Notes: a model not told the origin generated them from the letters alone. A stretch of DNA of 32,000 nt from Telmatocola sphagniphila (GCF_018398935.1 NZ_CP074694.1:2070001-2102000), one strand, 5' to 3'; counted from the stretch's first letter, positions 6,905 through 16,862 are shown. Numbers and translations: made by a program.

Positions 6905-8482
6905 ATGAAAACGATGGCGAAAAACGACTCCGAACTTGAACCACCCCCTTGGCATACGGCTGAGGAAAAGCGAGACCTAGCGAAATGGAACTCCTCGGAG
7001 TACGCGGTCCCGTTCCTCGGATTACTATTTCTTCGCTATGCCGAGCTGAAGTTTTTGCTTGCCAAAAAGAAAAGGACCCAACAGAACTCCACGAGACGGC
7101 CTTGGGGCAAAAAAGAGTATCATTCGAAGGGAATAGTCTATCTTCCTTCCCATGTTCGGTTCTCCCAGTTGCTGATGTTGCCAGAAACTGAACCTCTGGG
7201 TAACACCCTTGAGGCCATGATGGAGGCTGTCGAATCTCACAATCCGGATCTAAAAGGAGCGTTGCCGAGAAACTACTCGTCGATCGAGTCTGCCAGCCTC
7301 CGCTCGATGCTTCAGACCGTTTCGAATTTGGCAATCGAGACGCGGGGTGAAAGATTCGGCAAAATCTTTGAATACTTTCTGAGCCAACTCGCTCCGACCG
7401 CTCAACACAAAGGCGGCTCTAGCACGCCGAATTCCCTGGCTAAACTGATCGTGGAAATCCTCGAACCTAATCGCGGTAAAATCTTCGATCCTTGCTGCGG
7501 TTTGGGCGGCATGTTCATTTCCTGTGCCGATTACCTCCGAGCTCGCTCGGGCAAGCCGCCTTCAGCAATTTCCTTTTATGGGCAAGAACGCGTGGAGGAG
7601 ACCCGGCTTTTGGCCCGATTGAACCTTGCTGTGCACGGGCTCTGCGGCGACATCCGCCCAGGCAACACTTACTACGACAATCCCCATAACAGCCTGGAAA
7701 AATTCGACTTCGTTCTCGCCAATCCGCCTTTCAATGAAGATCAGTTCGACAAAGAGAAAGTCCAGGGGGATCCGCGATTACCGTTCGGGAAGCCCAGACT
7801 CGATAACGCCAACTACCTCTGGATTCAACTCTTCTACAGTTCCTTGAACTCTCAAGGACGAGCCGGTTTCGTTATGGCGAATTCGGCCGCCGAGGGCCGT
7901 CAGTCCGATGGGGAAATTCGCAATAAGCTTCTGCAGACAAATGCGGTCGATGTCATCATCGCTATTGGGCCCAATTTCTTCTACACCGGGCCCCTCCCCT
8001 GCTCTCTCTGGTTCCTCGATAAGGCTAAAGCCCAGACCTCCCGCAAGGACCAAGTCCTGTTCATTGATGCTCGCTCTATCTTCCAGCCTCGGGAGCGAAC
8101 GCAGCGCCAATTTAGTCCCAAGCAGATCGAGTTCATCGCAAACATCGTCCGACTCTACCGCGGTGAGAAACCCAAGTTCGTTGCGAGCGACGAAGCCGAG
8201 TTTCCAAATCAGATACCCGACTTCAAACAAACCTTTCCTAAACGGAAGTACACCAACGTCCCCAGATTATGCCAGGTCGCCACGCTGAAAGAAATCGAGA
8301 CCCAGGCAGGAAGCCTGAATCCCGCCCGCTACGTAACAGTCGCGGAGAAAAACAAAGCCGAGCCGAATCTCACCAAGAGACTGAGGTCTTTGAGCGAGGA
8401 ATTAAAAGTCCTCAACAAGCAGGCCAGCAAGTTGGAAAAGCAGGTCGCAGCGAGTATCGCGAAGTTGCTGGAGAAGGAATGA
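6905..8482 (+). CDS. hsdM: Type I restriction-modification system, N6-adenine DNA methyltransferase subunit M
   Basis: The SAM-binding motif I is DPCCGLGGMF and the catalytic motif IV is LANPPFN. An HsdM-N-like region is present (FLGLLFLRYAE; FGKIFEYFL). The gene is translationally coupled (ATGA overlap at 8479-8482) to a specificity subunit gene. Confidence 0.9.
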   Translation: MKTMAKNDSELEPPPWHTAEEKRDLAKWNSSEYAVPFLGLLFLRYAELKFLLAKKKRTQQNSTRRPWGKKEYHSKGIVYLPSHVRFSQLLMLPETEPLGNTLEAMMEAVESHNPDLKGALPRNYSSIESASLRSMLQTVSNLAIETRGERFGKIFEYFLSQLAPTAQHKGGSSTPNSLAKLIVEILEPNRGKIFDPCCGLGGMFISCADYLRARSGKPPSAISFYGQERVEETRLLARLNLAVHGLCGDIRPGNTYYDNPHNSLEKFDFVLANPPFNEDQFDKEKVQGDPRLPFGKPRLDNANYLWIQLFYSSLNSQGRAGFVMANSAAEGRQSDGEIRNKLLQTNAVDVIIAIGPNFFYTGPLPCSLWFLDKAKAQTSRKDQVLFIDARSIFQPRERTQRQFSPKQIEFIANIVRLYRGEKPKFVASDEAEFPNQIPDFKQTFPKRKYTNVPRLCQVATLKEIETQAGSLNPARYVTVAEKNKAEPNLTKRLRSLSEELKVLNKQASKLEKQVAASIAKLLEKE

Positions 8483-9735
8483 ACTCGAAATTCCCTCAAC
8501 AAAAACTCGCCTCGATTGCGAAGGTCTATTCGGGATTTGCCTTCCATAGCCGCGACATGCAACCCGGCGGGGATATTCCGATTCTGAAAATCTCCAACAT
8601 CCAGGACAAGCGGGTGACCCAAGATTGCAGCAGCGGTTTACCCGCCGCGGCGAATTCCCGCCGATTCGATAAATTCCGCTTGCGGGCCGGGGATGTTCTG
8701 GTCGCGATGACGGGAGAACGAAGCGTCGGAAAATTAGGACGGATGCGGAAGATCGATCGTGAGTATCTGGTCAATCAACGCGTGGCCATTATCCGACCGC
8801 TTCCGGATCAAGGCGATCCCGATTACCTGTTTCATGTTTTGACGATGGAGAAGTATGAAAAAACCTTATCCAGTTATGGACTGGGAGCGGGACAACCGAA
8901 CATCAATCCGGTCCAAATCGCCTCACTCATGCTGCCGCTTCCTCCGCTGGGGATTCAACGCAAGATCGGCTCGATTCTCACGGGCTTCGAGGATCTGATC
9001 GAGAATAATAACGAGCGCATCCGGATTTTGGAATCGCTGGCCCAATCGATTTACCGTAAGTGGTTTGTGGATTTTCGCTTCCCTCGCCGTGGGAAACTTA
9101 CTTGGGTGGAATCGCCACTGGGGAAGATTCCTAAAGGCTGGAGAGTTGGCACTCTGGGAGAGTTGATCCAATTTCAAACCGGTTCATCGATCAAACCCGA
9201 TCCCAAAGGAGCGTATGCTCTCTACGGATCGAACGGCCTTATCGGAAAGAGCTCGGGCTTTCAATTCGAACGGGGAATGATCATCGGCCGGGTCGGGAAT
9301 TATTGCGGTTCGGTTCAGTACTCCCATTCCGCCTTCTGCGCTTCGGGAAATACCGTTATTGCGCTACCTCTGGAAGGAAAAGACGAGCTAATTCCTTACC
9401 TCTATTACACTTTAAAGCACCTTTCGCTCGGCCAATTGGCGAGCGGATCGGCCCAGCCCCAGATTACGCAAAGCGTTTTGAAATCCCAACCGGTCTTGAT
9501 CCCTCCGGTATCTTTTCTGAAAAAATTCTGTTCAGTAACATTCGAATTGCTGCGTCAAATTGATCACCTGAAGAAAGAAAACGAGAACCTTCACAAAACC
9601 CGCGAACTGCTCTTGCCGGAACTGATCTCCGGCCGACTCGACCTGGAAAGAGTTGAGAGGAAAGCCAGCTCAACAAGGAGTCGAGAATATCCCCAGCACA
9701 AGAACCCTCGCTTCGATTTAAATAGTCTGATTTGA
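8479..9735 (+). CDS. hsdS: Type I restriction-modification system, specificity subunit S (two target-recognition domains)
   Basis: The central conserved region LPLPPLGIQRKIGSILTGFEDLIENNNERIRILESLAQSIYRKWFVDFRFP and the distal one (VLIPPVSFLKKF...LKKENENLHKTRELLLPELISGRL) are typical HsdS helices flanking two variable TRDs. The start ATG at 8479 overlaps the hsdM stop. Confidence 0.85.
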   Translation: MNSKFPQQKLASIAKVYSGFAFHSRDMQPGGDIPILKISNIQDKRVTQDCSSGLPAAANSRRFDKFRLRAGDVLVAMTGERSVGKLGRMRKIDREYLVNQRVAIIRPLPDQGDPDYLFHVLTMEKYEKTLSSYGLGAGQPNINPVQIASLMLPLPPLGIQRKIGSILTGFEDLIENNNERIRILESLAQSIYRKWFVDFRFPRRGKLTWVESPLGKIPKGWRVGTLGELIQFQTGSSIKPDPKGAYALYGSNGLIGKSSGFQFERGMIIGRVGNYCGSVQYSHSAFCASGNTVIALPLEGKDELIPYLYYTLKHLSLGQLASGSAQPQITQSVLKSQPVLIPPVSFLKKFCSVTFELLRQIDHLKKENENLHKTRELLLPELISGRLDLERVERKASSTRSREYPQHKNPRFDLNSLI

Positions 9736-9966
9736 TACGTTGCGTGCATTTACCCGTAACCTTTATTACACAGTTATGGGTTCAACACACACTCCAATTC
9801 TCTCGTTTCGAAACTATTCGACTTAGAAGTCATCAAAAAGTAAGAGCTTCCCAAATATCGGAATGAAATTTGCTTATATCTCAGCTCTTAGAGACTGCTT
9901 TCCACCAATAAGCGAAATGCTCCCAAAATTGGCCTCATTCCGTTAAGCAACCTAACAGCCGAAGCA

Positions 9967-11184
9967 ATGGGGATTTCTATGAGATTTGTTCGTGGGCTTG
10001 TTTTTTCTCACCTTTCGCTTGTCATCGTAGAAATTGCGTCTTTGGGCTGTCAGGAACGGCCTAAACCAAATGGAATTTCACTGACAAAGGTTATGGTAAG
10101 TTATCCCGTCGAACGGGAGGTCACCGATTACACAGATTTCACAGGTGTGCTATCGGCAGTCGATTCCGTCGAAGTTCGAGCCCGAGTGTATGGCTTTCTG
10201 GACAAAGTGAATTTCAAAGAAGGCGCTCTCGTTAAAAAAGGGGATGTGCTTTATGAAATCGATCCCCGAACTTACCAGGCCGCCGTCAATCAAGCCAAAG
10301 CCAAGGTAGTTACGGATGAAGCTCAGGAACGCTATGCCCGGGCTGATTACGAACGCTACCAAACGCTCGGAAAAACGGGGGCGGTGAGCAAAGAAGATTT
10401 AGAGAAAGCGTTGTCCACACGCGATATCGCGATTTCGACGGTCATTGCGGATAAAGCCGATCTGGCTTCCAAGCAACTCGATCTCGATTTTACCAAGGTC
10501 ATCGCTCCGATCGATGGGAGAATTGGTCGCATCCTCGTCACGGTTGGAAATTTAGTTCAATCCGGCCAGACCGGAGGAACGCTACTGACGACTATCGTTT
10601 CGGTCGATCCTGTCTATTGCAACTTTGATATCGATGAACATACTCTACTACGTGTTCAGCAATTGATTCGAGAAGGAAAGGTGAAATCGGCTCGCAATTC
10701 GGAGCGTCCAGTGATGCTCGGATTGTCGAATGAAAAAGGCTTCCCTCATAGTGGAGTCATCAACTTCGTTGACAATCAACTCAATTCCAAGACCGGCACT
10801 TTACGGCTGCGCGGCGTTTTCTCGAATCCCGATAATAGCCTCTTGCCCGGTTTGTTCGCCCGAATCCGCGTCCCGATCGGCGAACCGCATAAAGCGATTC
10901 TGGTTTCGGATCAAGCGATTGATACGGATCAGGGTCAGAAAATTCTTTACTTGATCGATGATAAAGATACCGTATTCACGCGATCGGTTACTCCGGGTGC
11001 TGTGCATCAAGGAATGCGAGTTATCGAAAATGGAGCTATCAAAGCCGGAGAACGGATCATCGTCGCTGGGCTCCAGCAGGTTAAGGTGGATACGGTCGTA
11101 GAACCCAAACTTATTCCCATGCCAGTGGCCGGCTCGGCGTTTAGTGATGTCGATCCTTCCAAATTAGTAAATCCGAAGAAGTAG
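9967..11184 (+). CDS. RND efflux periplasmic adaptor (membrane fusion protein, AcrA/HlyD-like), probable lipoprotein
   Basis: The N-terminal signal peptide has a lipobox-like SLGC. It carries a lipoyl/hairpin/beta-barrel signature (VRARVYGFLDKVNFKEGALVKKGDVLYEIDP; IAPIDGRIGR; FARIRVP). It sits 8 nt upstream of an RND permease gene. Confidence 0.9.
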   Translation: MGISMRFVRGLVFSHLSLVIVEIASLGCQERPKPNGISLTKVMVSYPVEREVTDYTDFTGVLSAVDSVEVRARVYGFLDKVNFKEGALVKKGDVLYEIDPRTYQAAVNQAKAKVVTDEAQERYARADYERYQTLGKTGAVSKEDLEKALSTRDIAISTVIADKADLASKQLDLDFTKVIAPIDGRIGRILVTVGNLVQSGQTGGTLLTTIVSVDPVYCNFDIDEHTLLRVQQLIREGKVKSARNSERPVMLGLSNEKGFPHSGVINFVDNQLNSKTGTLRLRGVFSNPDNSLLPGLFARIRVPIGEPHKAILVSDQAIDTDQGQKILYLIDDKDTVFTRSVTPGAVHQGMRVIENGAIKAGERIIVAGLQQVKVDTVVEPKLIPMPVAGSAFSDVDPSKLVNPKK

Positions 11185-11192
11185 TAGTCCTT

Positions 11193-14100
11193 ATGCTGGC
11201 ACGTTTTTTTATCGATCGACCGATTCTCGCGTGGGTCATCTCGATCATCATTGTGCTTATCGGCCTGATCGCTTATAAATTTCTTCCCATCGCCCAGTAC
11301 CCTCAGATCACGCCGCCGGTAGTTCGCGTATCGGCGAGTTATCCCGGAGCGAGTTCCGCCGTGGTGGCGGACACGGTGGCCGCCCCGATTGAGCAGCAAG
11401 TCAATGGCGTGGAAGGCATGTTGTACATGTCCTCCCAAAGTAGTAATGACGGCTCTTATAGTCTCGATGTGACCTTTGAACTGGGAACCGATCTCAACCT
11501 CGCTCAGGTCCTAGTCCAAAATCGCGTTGCCATCGCTCAACCCCAATTGCCCGATGTGATCAAAGCCACGGGAGTGACCGTCAAAAAACGCTCCCCCGAT
11601 ATTTTGCTGGTGGTCAATCTCTATTCCGAAGATGACCCCGCGACAGGTCAACCTTATTTTGACCGGCTGTACATGAGCAACTTTGCCACGATTCAACTCC
11701 TGGATCCCATCGCCCGCCTCGAAGGAGTCGGCGATGTCTTCTCTTTCGGAGGACAGGATTACAGCATGCGGGTCTGGCTCGATCCCGATAAGCTGGCGGC
11801 GCACGGTATTTCGGCAGGCGAGGTCGCCGCCGTGATGCAAGAACAAAACGTACAGGTAGCCGCCGGTCAGATTGGCCAGCCTCCAGTGCCAGCGGGTCAG
11901 GAATACCAGTATACCGTCAGCACTTTAGGACGCTTGATTGATGTCGAGCAGTTTGGCAGCATCGTCCTGAAGACCGGGACCAATGGGGAAGTCCTCTATC
12001 TCCGGGATGTGGGGCGTTTGGAGCTGGGAGCAAAAAGCCAAGATCAGACTCTGGCTCTGGATGGCCGCCCTTCCGTTGGACTGGCGATCTTTCAATTACC
12101 CGGATCCAATGCCCTGGATACCGCCGACGGCATCAAAGCGAAGATGCGCCAGTTCGAACGGGACCAGCGTCTCCCAAAAGGCTTGAAATACGACATCGTT
12201 TACGATACTACCCCGTTCATTCGAGAATCGGTCGATGAAGTCATTAAAACCCTGATTATTGCGGTCGTTCTCGTCGCCTTCGTCGTTCTGATTTTTTTGC
12301 AGGATTGGAAATCCCTGCTGCTACCCTTAATCGATATTTGCGTGTCGCTCGTCGGCACATTTGCCGTATTGAAACTGATGGGATTTAGCCTGAACAATCT
12401 GACTTTATTCGGTTTAGTGTTGGCCATTGGAATCGTAGTGGATGACGCCATCGTAGTTCTGGAAAATATCGAACGATGGCTGGACAAGGGACTTCCCGTT
12501 CGGGAAGCCACCATCAAAGCAATGAGCGAAATTACCGGGCCTATCATGGCAATCACTTTGGTACTGTCTTCGGTTTTTATACCCAGTGCCTTTTTGGGAG
12601 GGATCACGGGACAATTCTTTCGACAGTTCGCTTTGACCATATCGGCCGCCATGCTCATCTCGGCCATTAACGCGATGACGATGACCCCCGCTCGCGCCGC
12701 TTCGATTTTTTCAGGTCGTAAGCCGGGCCAAAAAGGAGACCAGGGGAAAGAAGCCCTCCCCTGGTGGGGATTTGGCCTGGCGGGAGGATTGATTTCGGTC
12801 TGGTTACTGAAACAATTGGTGGGCAGTTGGCTGGGACTGATTCCCCACTCGGCCGGAGGGAATGATGCCGTTCAAACCGGATTTATAACATCTATCAAAC
12901 ACTATCTCGTACTTACGGCCTTATTTATGCCCGGCTTGATTGCGGGCGGGATATTGGGTTGGTTCATTATTCGCCCGGTCAACTGGGCGCTCGGCCAATT
13001 TTTTCATGCATTTAATTGGGTATTTGAACGAATTACTCAAATCTATGGCAAAACGGTTTCCAGGCTTTTGCGATGGAGTTTCATTGCCCTTCTCCTGTAT
13101 CTTTTACTTTTGGTCATCACGGGATATGGAATGACCCGAATCCCGGGAGGGTTCATTCCGTCCCAGGACAAAGGGCGATTAATCGTCAATATCACCCTGC
13201 CGGATTCTGCCTCTTTGGAACGCACCGAAGCGATCACTCGACAGATAGAAAAAATCGCTCTCGAAACCCCGGGGGTGGCGCATACTCTGGGAAATCCGGG
13301 GCGCTCTTTCGTCTTAAATGCCATCGGTTCGAATCTGGGTTCGATGTTTGTGACGCTGAAACCGTTCGATGAGAGACTCGCCCCGAATTTGTATGCCGAT
13401 CGGATTGCGGCGCAACTGCGGGCTCGGTTCAAGAACGAAATTCCCGGGGCCGTTATCAACGTTTTTGGCGCGCCCGCCGTGGATGGTCTGGGGAATGCGG
13501 GGGGCTTCAAAGTGATGATCGAAGCCATTGGCGATGTCAACTTCGATCGCTTGCAGGGCCAGGCAGACAATTTAGTGAATAAAGGAAATCAGATACCGGG
13601 CTTAATCGGTATGTTTAATGGGTTTCGCGCGGCGACCCCGCAATTGTTTGCCGATGTCAATCGCGTGCAATGTAAAACCATGGGCGTCAGTCTAACCGAT
13701 GTGTTCGCAACCCTTCAAATTTATCTGGGGGGTTATTATGTCAATGACTTCAATCGATTTGGTCGCACTTGGCAGGTGAATATTCAAGCCGATGCCGCAT
13801 TTCGGAAGGATGTCGAATCGGCGAAGCAATTGAAAGTCCGAAATGCGAACGGGGATATGGTGCCACTCGGCTCCGTGGTCGACTTCCGTGAAATCGGCGG
13901 TCCCTTGACGGTTACCCGTTACAACCTCTTTACTGCCGCGACCGTGGGTGGAGCCTCTTTGCCCGGGATGAGTACCGGTGAGGTCCTTTCGACGATCGAG
14001 CAACTGGCGGTCCAAGAGTTGCCGCACGGCATGACTTACGAATGGACGGAACTGAATTTCCTTCAAAAGCAGTCCAGCCGACTCGAATCTTTCAAAGATC

Positions 14101-14654
14101 TGCAACAAAATCCCTATAGCGCCTTTGTTTTGGGCGCCATCCTGGTGTTCTTTGTCCTCTCCGGCCTGTATGAGAGCTGGTCCTTACCCCTGGCTGTGAT
14201 TTTGGTGGTACCCCTCTGTCTTTCCAGCGCCTTGGCCGGGGTAATCCTTGCTCACATGGACTTGAATATTTTCGTTCAGGTCGGCTTTGTGGTACTCGTG
14301 GGTCTAGCCGCCAAAAATGCCATCCTGGTCGTTGAATTTGCCAGAGATCGCGAAATAGAAGGTGCCAAACCATTCGATGCGGCCGTGGAGGCGGCGACAG
14401 TTCGATTGCGACCGATCATTATGACCTCTTTTGCCTTTATCCTCGGGATGGCCCCCCTCGTGGTCGCAGAAGGCGCGGGTTCGGAGATGCGAAGAACCTT
14501 GGGAATAGCTGTGTTTTCGGGAATGCTGGGCGTTACTCTCTTCGGCATTTTTTTGACTCCGATTTTTTATTATCGCATTCGGTCGCTCAGTGGCCCACTT
14601 GCGAGTCCCACCACAGTGCCTACTGAACAATCTTTACCGGCTGCATCTCCGTAA
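11193..14654 (+). CDS. RND efflux permease (AcrB/HAE1-like), 1153 aa, with an enlarged central loop
   Basis: MLARFFIDRPILAWVISIIIVLIGL is a typical AcrB N-terminus. GIVVDDAIVVLENIERW is the TM4 proton-relay region. The C-terminal half has the matching repeat (LAAKNAILVVEFARD, RLRPIIMTSFAFILGMAPL). Confidence 0.95.
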   Translation: MLARFFIDRPILAWVISIIIVLIGLIAYKFLPIAQYPQITPPVVRVSASYPGASSAVVADTVAAPIEQQVNGVEGMLYMSSQSSNDGSYSLDVTFELGTDLNLAQVLVQNRVAIAQPQLPDVIKATGVTVKKRSPDILLVVNLYSEDDPATGQPYFDRLYMSNFATIQLLDPIARLEGVGDVFSFGGQDYSMRVWLDPDKLAAHGISAGEVAAVMQEQNVQVAAGQIGQPPVPAGQEYQYTVSTLGRLIDVEQFGSIVLKTGTNGEVLYLRDVGRLELGAKSQDQTLALDGRPSVGLAIFQLPGSNALDTADGIKAKMRQFERDQRLPKGLKYDIVYDTTPFIRESVDEVIKTLIIAVVLVAFVVLIFLQDWKSLLLPLIDICVSLVGTFAVLKLMGFSLNNLTLFGLVLAIGIVVDDAIVVLENIERWLDKGLPVREATIKAMSEITGPIMAITLVLSSVFIPSAFLGGITGQFFRQFALTISAAMLISAINAMTMTPARAASIFSGRKPGQKGDQGKEALPWWGFGLAGGLISVWLLKQLVGSWLGLIPHSAGGNDAVQTGFITSIKHYLVLTALFMPGLIAGGILGWFIIRPVNWALGQFFHAFNWVFERITQIYGKTVSRLLRWSFIALLLYLLLLVITGYGMTRIPGGFIPSQDKGRLIVNITLPDSASLERTEAITRQIEKIALETPGVAHTLGNPGRSFVLNAIGSNLGSMFVTLKPFDERLAPNLYADRIAAQLRARFKNEIPGAVINVFGAPAVDGLGNAGGFKVMIEAIGDVNFDRLQGQADNLVNKGNQIPGLIGMFNGFRAATPQLFADVNRVQCKTMGVSLTDVFATLQIYLGGYYVNDFNRFGRTWQVNIQADAAFRKDVESAKQLKVRNANGDMVPLGSVVDFREIGGPLTVTRYNLFTAATVGGASLPGMSTGEVLSTIEQLAVQELPHGMTYEWTELNFLQKQSSRLESFKDLQQNPYSAFVLGAILVFFVLSGLYESWSLPLAVILVVPLCLSSALAGVILAHMDLNIFVQVGFVVLVGLAAKNAILVVEFARDREIEGAKPFDAAVEAATVRLRPIIMTSFAFILGMAPLVVAEGAGSEMRRTLGIAVFSGMLGVTLFGIFLTPIFYYRIRSLSGPLASPTTVPTEQSLPAASP

Positions 14655-14994
14655 GCGATTTTCTTACCTAAGTCAAAAGCTCACCATAAACATAAAATTC
14701 GAGTCGAAGGGCTTATTCAAGATTGTCCTCGAAATTCGAGTCCAGAGCGGAATAACCTCAATCAAAAAAGTTGAAATTGAGCCAATCCAAAAAGGTTTTT
14801 GCCACCAAAGTTTACTCTGTAATCTTGTTGCCGGTTAGCCTCAAACGTATCGATTACATCCGATTGCTCTTGAAAGCCGGGAAGGGAGCCACTCGTTGGA
14901 ATCGATTTCGCATTTGAAATCGCGCGCTCATAAACGGATCAATCGCACTTCGAGTCCGGACTTGAATAATCTCACTCCTAACCATTAAACATGC

Positions 14995-15037
14995 GTGTAA
15001 ACGCCGGTCGAAAAGGGGCTCTGTCGCCCAGTTGGTG
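14995..15037 (+). repeat. Left terminal inverted repeat of the ISL3-type IS
   Basis: It has an exact 39-nt inverted match to 16820-16858 and a near-identical direct copy at 6163-6205. Confidence 0.85.
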
Positions 15038-15090
15038 ACGAGCGTTGGTTAGAATGTCTTTAGGAATTCATTCTGACAGGACGCAGCATC

Positions 15091-16681
15091 ATGACTATGC
15101 AGGACCTCTTTCCTCAAGAGGCCGGTTTGGTCGTTACCGATTTCGCTCTCACTCCGGATCTTTTGGTCCTTGCTCTAAAAACCACATACCCGAGTTTGCA
15201 GTACACCTACTGTGGCCAGCTGACATATCGGATTCACAGCCATTATCAGCGTGTATTGGCGGACTTACCCTGGCAAGCTCGACGAGTACTGCTCAGGATC
15301 GAACTGCGAAAATTTCGATGCATGAATGCCGCTTGCCCCAGGCAAATCTTCTGTGAACGGCTACCTCATGTATTTGCTTCCCATGCTCGAATAACGGATC
15401 GGTTAAAAGCTCTCCAGAAACAGATCGGTTTGGCATTAGGTGGCAGGCTGGGTACTCGACTCACGGGAAGTTATTCGTCCCGACCCCCTTTTACGTCGAG
15501 CCAAAGACAAAGTCGACTCCTTAGCCACTCCCCGTGTTCTCGGAGTGGACGATTTTGCATTCCGAAGAGGCCAAAACTACGGCACCATCTTGGTCGATTT
15601 AGAAAAGCATCGCGTTCTAGACTTACTGCCGGATCGGGAGGCTAAAACCCTGGCGTGTTGGTTGAAGGCCCATCCTCAAGTGGAAATTGTCAGCCGAGAT
15701 CGAGCCACGGCTTACGCCCAAGGCATTCGTGAGGCCTGTCCTCAGTCGATTCAGGTGACGGATCGTTGGCATCTTCTGAAAAATCTGCGGGAAGCCATCG
15801 AACGCTGGTTCGATGGAAAGCGGGAAAAGATTCGGGAGTTGATCCAAAAAAGTCACTGCGAAAAACCATCAATCAATAAGGAACTTACCAATCAGGTAGA
15901 CGCAGGGCTCTCCGATCGGCAGAAATTCCGAATGGAGCAATATAAGCAAGTACGTCGCTGGCATGAGGAAGGTCTATCGAAACGGCAAATTCACAAACGA
16001 ACAGGTCTCCATTTCCGAACGATCGACCGCTACTTGCGGCGAGAGGATTGTTCGAATTGGCTTCCCGGACGAAGAGGTTCCTCTCGTTTGGATGTTCACG
16101 AAGGCTTTATTAAGGAGCAATTGCAACAGCCCAAACAAACGGCCCAAAAAATCCACCAAGCTTTGAGAACAAAAGACTGTTCAATCGGTTATTCGGTCGT
16201 CAAAGCCTGTGTTCGACGTTTGAAAACCGAACTGGGGCTGCCCCTTTCCCGTCCCTCAAAGCCTTTCATACCCAATCGAGTTCCTTTGCCTTCTTCACGA
16301 AGTCTAGCCCTGAACTTGTTGCAAAAATCGGAAACTCGATCCGAGGAAGGAACGCGGATTCTTGAGATTTTGCTCAGTGCCGGAAGCGAGTTTCAGGGAC
16401 CTATCGATTTGACTTTAGCCTTTGCAACGCTGTTAAAAGGAAAGCAGGAATCGGCATTTTCGGAGTGGCTTCAGAAAGTGGAAGCCTCCTCGGTTCTCGA
16501 ATTGAAGCGGTTTGCTCAAGGCTTGCGAAACGACGAAGCCGCTGTTCGGGCCGCCGTAACTCTTCCCTGGAGCAATGGCCAAGTGGAAGGACAAGTTAAT
16601 CGATTGAAATCGATCAAAAGAGCGATGTTCGGTCGAGCCAAGTTCGATTTGCTGAAAGCGAGAGTGATTTGCAACGGGTAA
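15091..16681 (+). pseudogene. ISL3-family transposase, split by a frameshift near 15440-15480
   Basis: The frame-1 ORF (15091-15645) carries the N-terminal zinc-finger part (CGQLTYRIHSHYQRVLADLPWQARRVLLRIELRKFRCMNAACPRQIFCERLP...LALGGRLGTRL). The frame-2 ORF (15440-16681) continues with family motifs VLGVDDFAFRRGQNYGTILVDLE, SRDRATAYAQG, QVTDRWHLLKNL and the C-terminal WSNGQVEGQVNRLKSIKRAMFGRAKFDLLKARV. Confidence 0.8.
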
Positions 16682-16819
16682 ATGAGTAACTTGCCTGGAA
16701 ATAATTTTCTCCGCTCCCTAGTGAAGCGTGTGAACCCGTGCAAATTCGCCTGCCAAAAATCGCCTGGATGAAAAATAAAAACAGCTCTTTCGCGATGCTG
16801 ATCGCCATCGGATTAACTG

Positions 16820-16862
16820 CACCAACTGGGCGACAGAGCCCCTTTTCGACCGGCGTTTTCGG
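16820..16862 (-). repeat. Right terminal inverted repeat of the ISL3-type IS
   Basis: CACCAACTGGGCGACAGAGCCCCTTTTCGACCGGCGTTT is the reverse complement of the left repeat. Confidence 0.85.

Larger units (their letters stand above)
14995..16862 (+). mobile_element. ISL3-family insertion sequence (~1.87 kb) with ~39-43-bp terminal inverted repeats; the transposase is frameshifted
   Basis: AAACGCCGGTCGAAAAGGGGCTCTGTCGCCCAGTTGGTG at 14998-15036 is exactly reverse-complemented at 16820-16858. The interior encodes an ISL3-type transposase. The exact tips are uncertain by a few nt, and I found no clean 8-bp target duplication. Confidence 0.8.

Noticed and set aside
6759-7334. 191-aa minus-strand ORF
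   Set aside because: It overlaps the 5' third of hsdM in antisense and has no motifs. hsdM is strongly supported.
14590-14838. 82-aa ORF overlapping the end of the RND gene and the downstream spacer
   Set aside because: It starts inside the well-supported RND permease frame and has no motifs or SD sequence. The region is AT-rich intergenic.
15440-15480. Programmed ribosomal frameshift in the ISL3 transposase
   Set aside because: I saw no slippery heptamer (A AAA AAG type) or downstream structure, and the family is not known to use frameshifting. A mutation or a sequencing indel is the simpler explanation.
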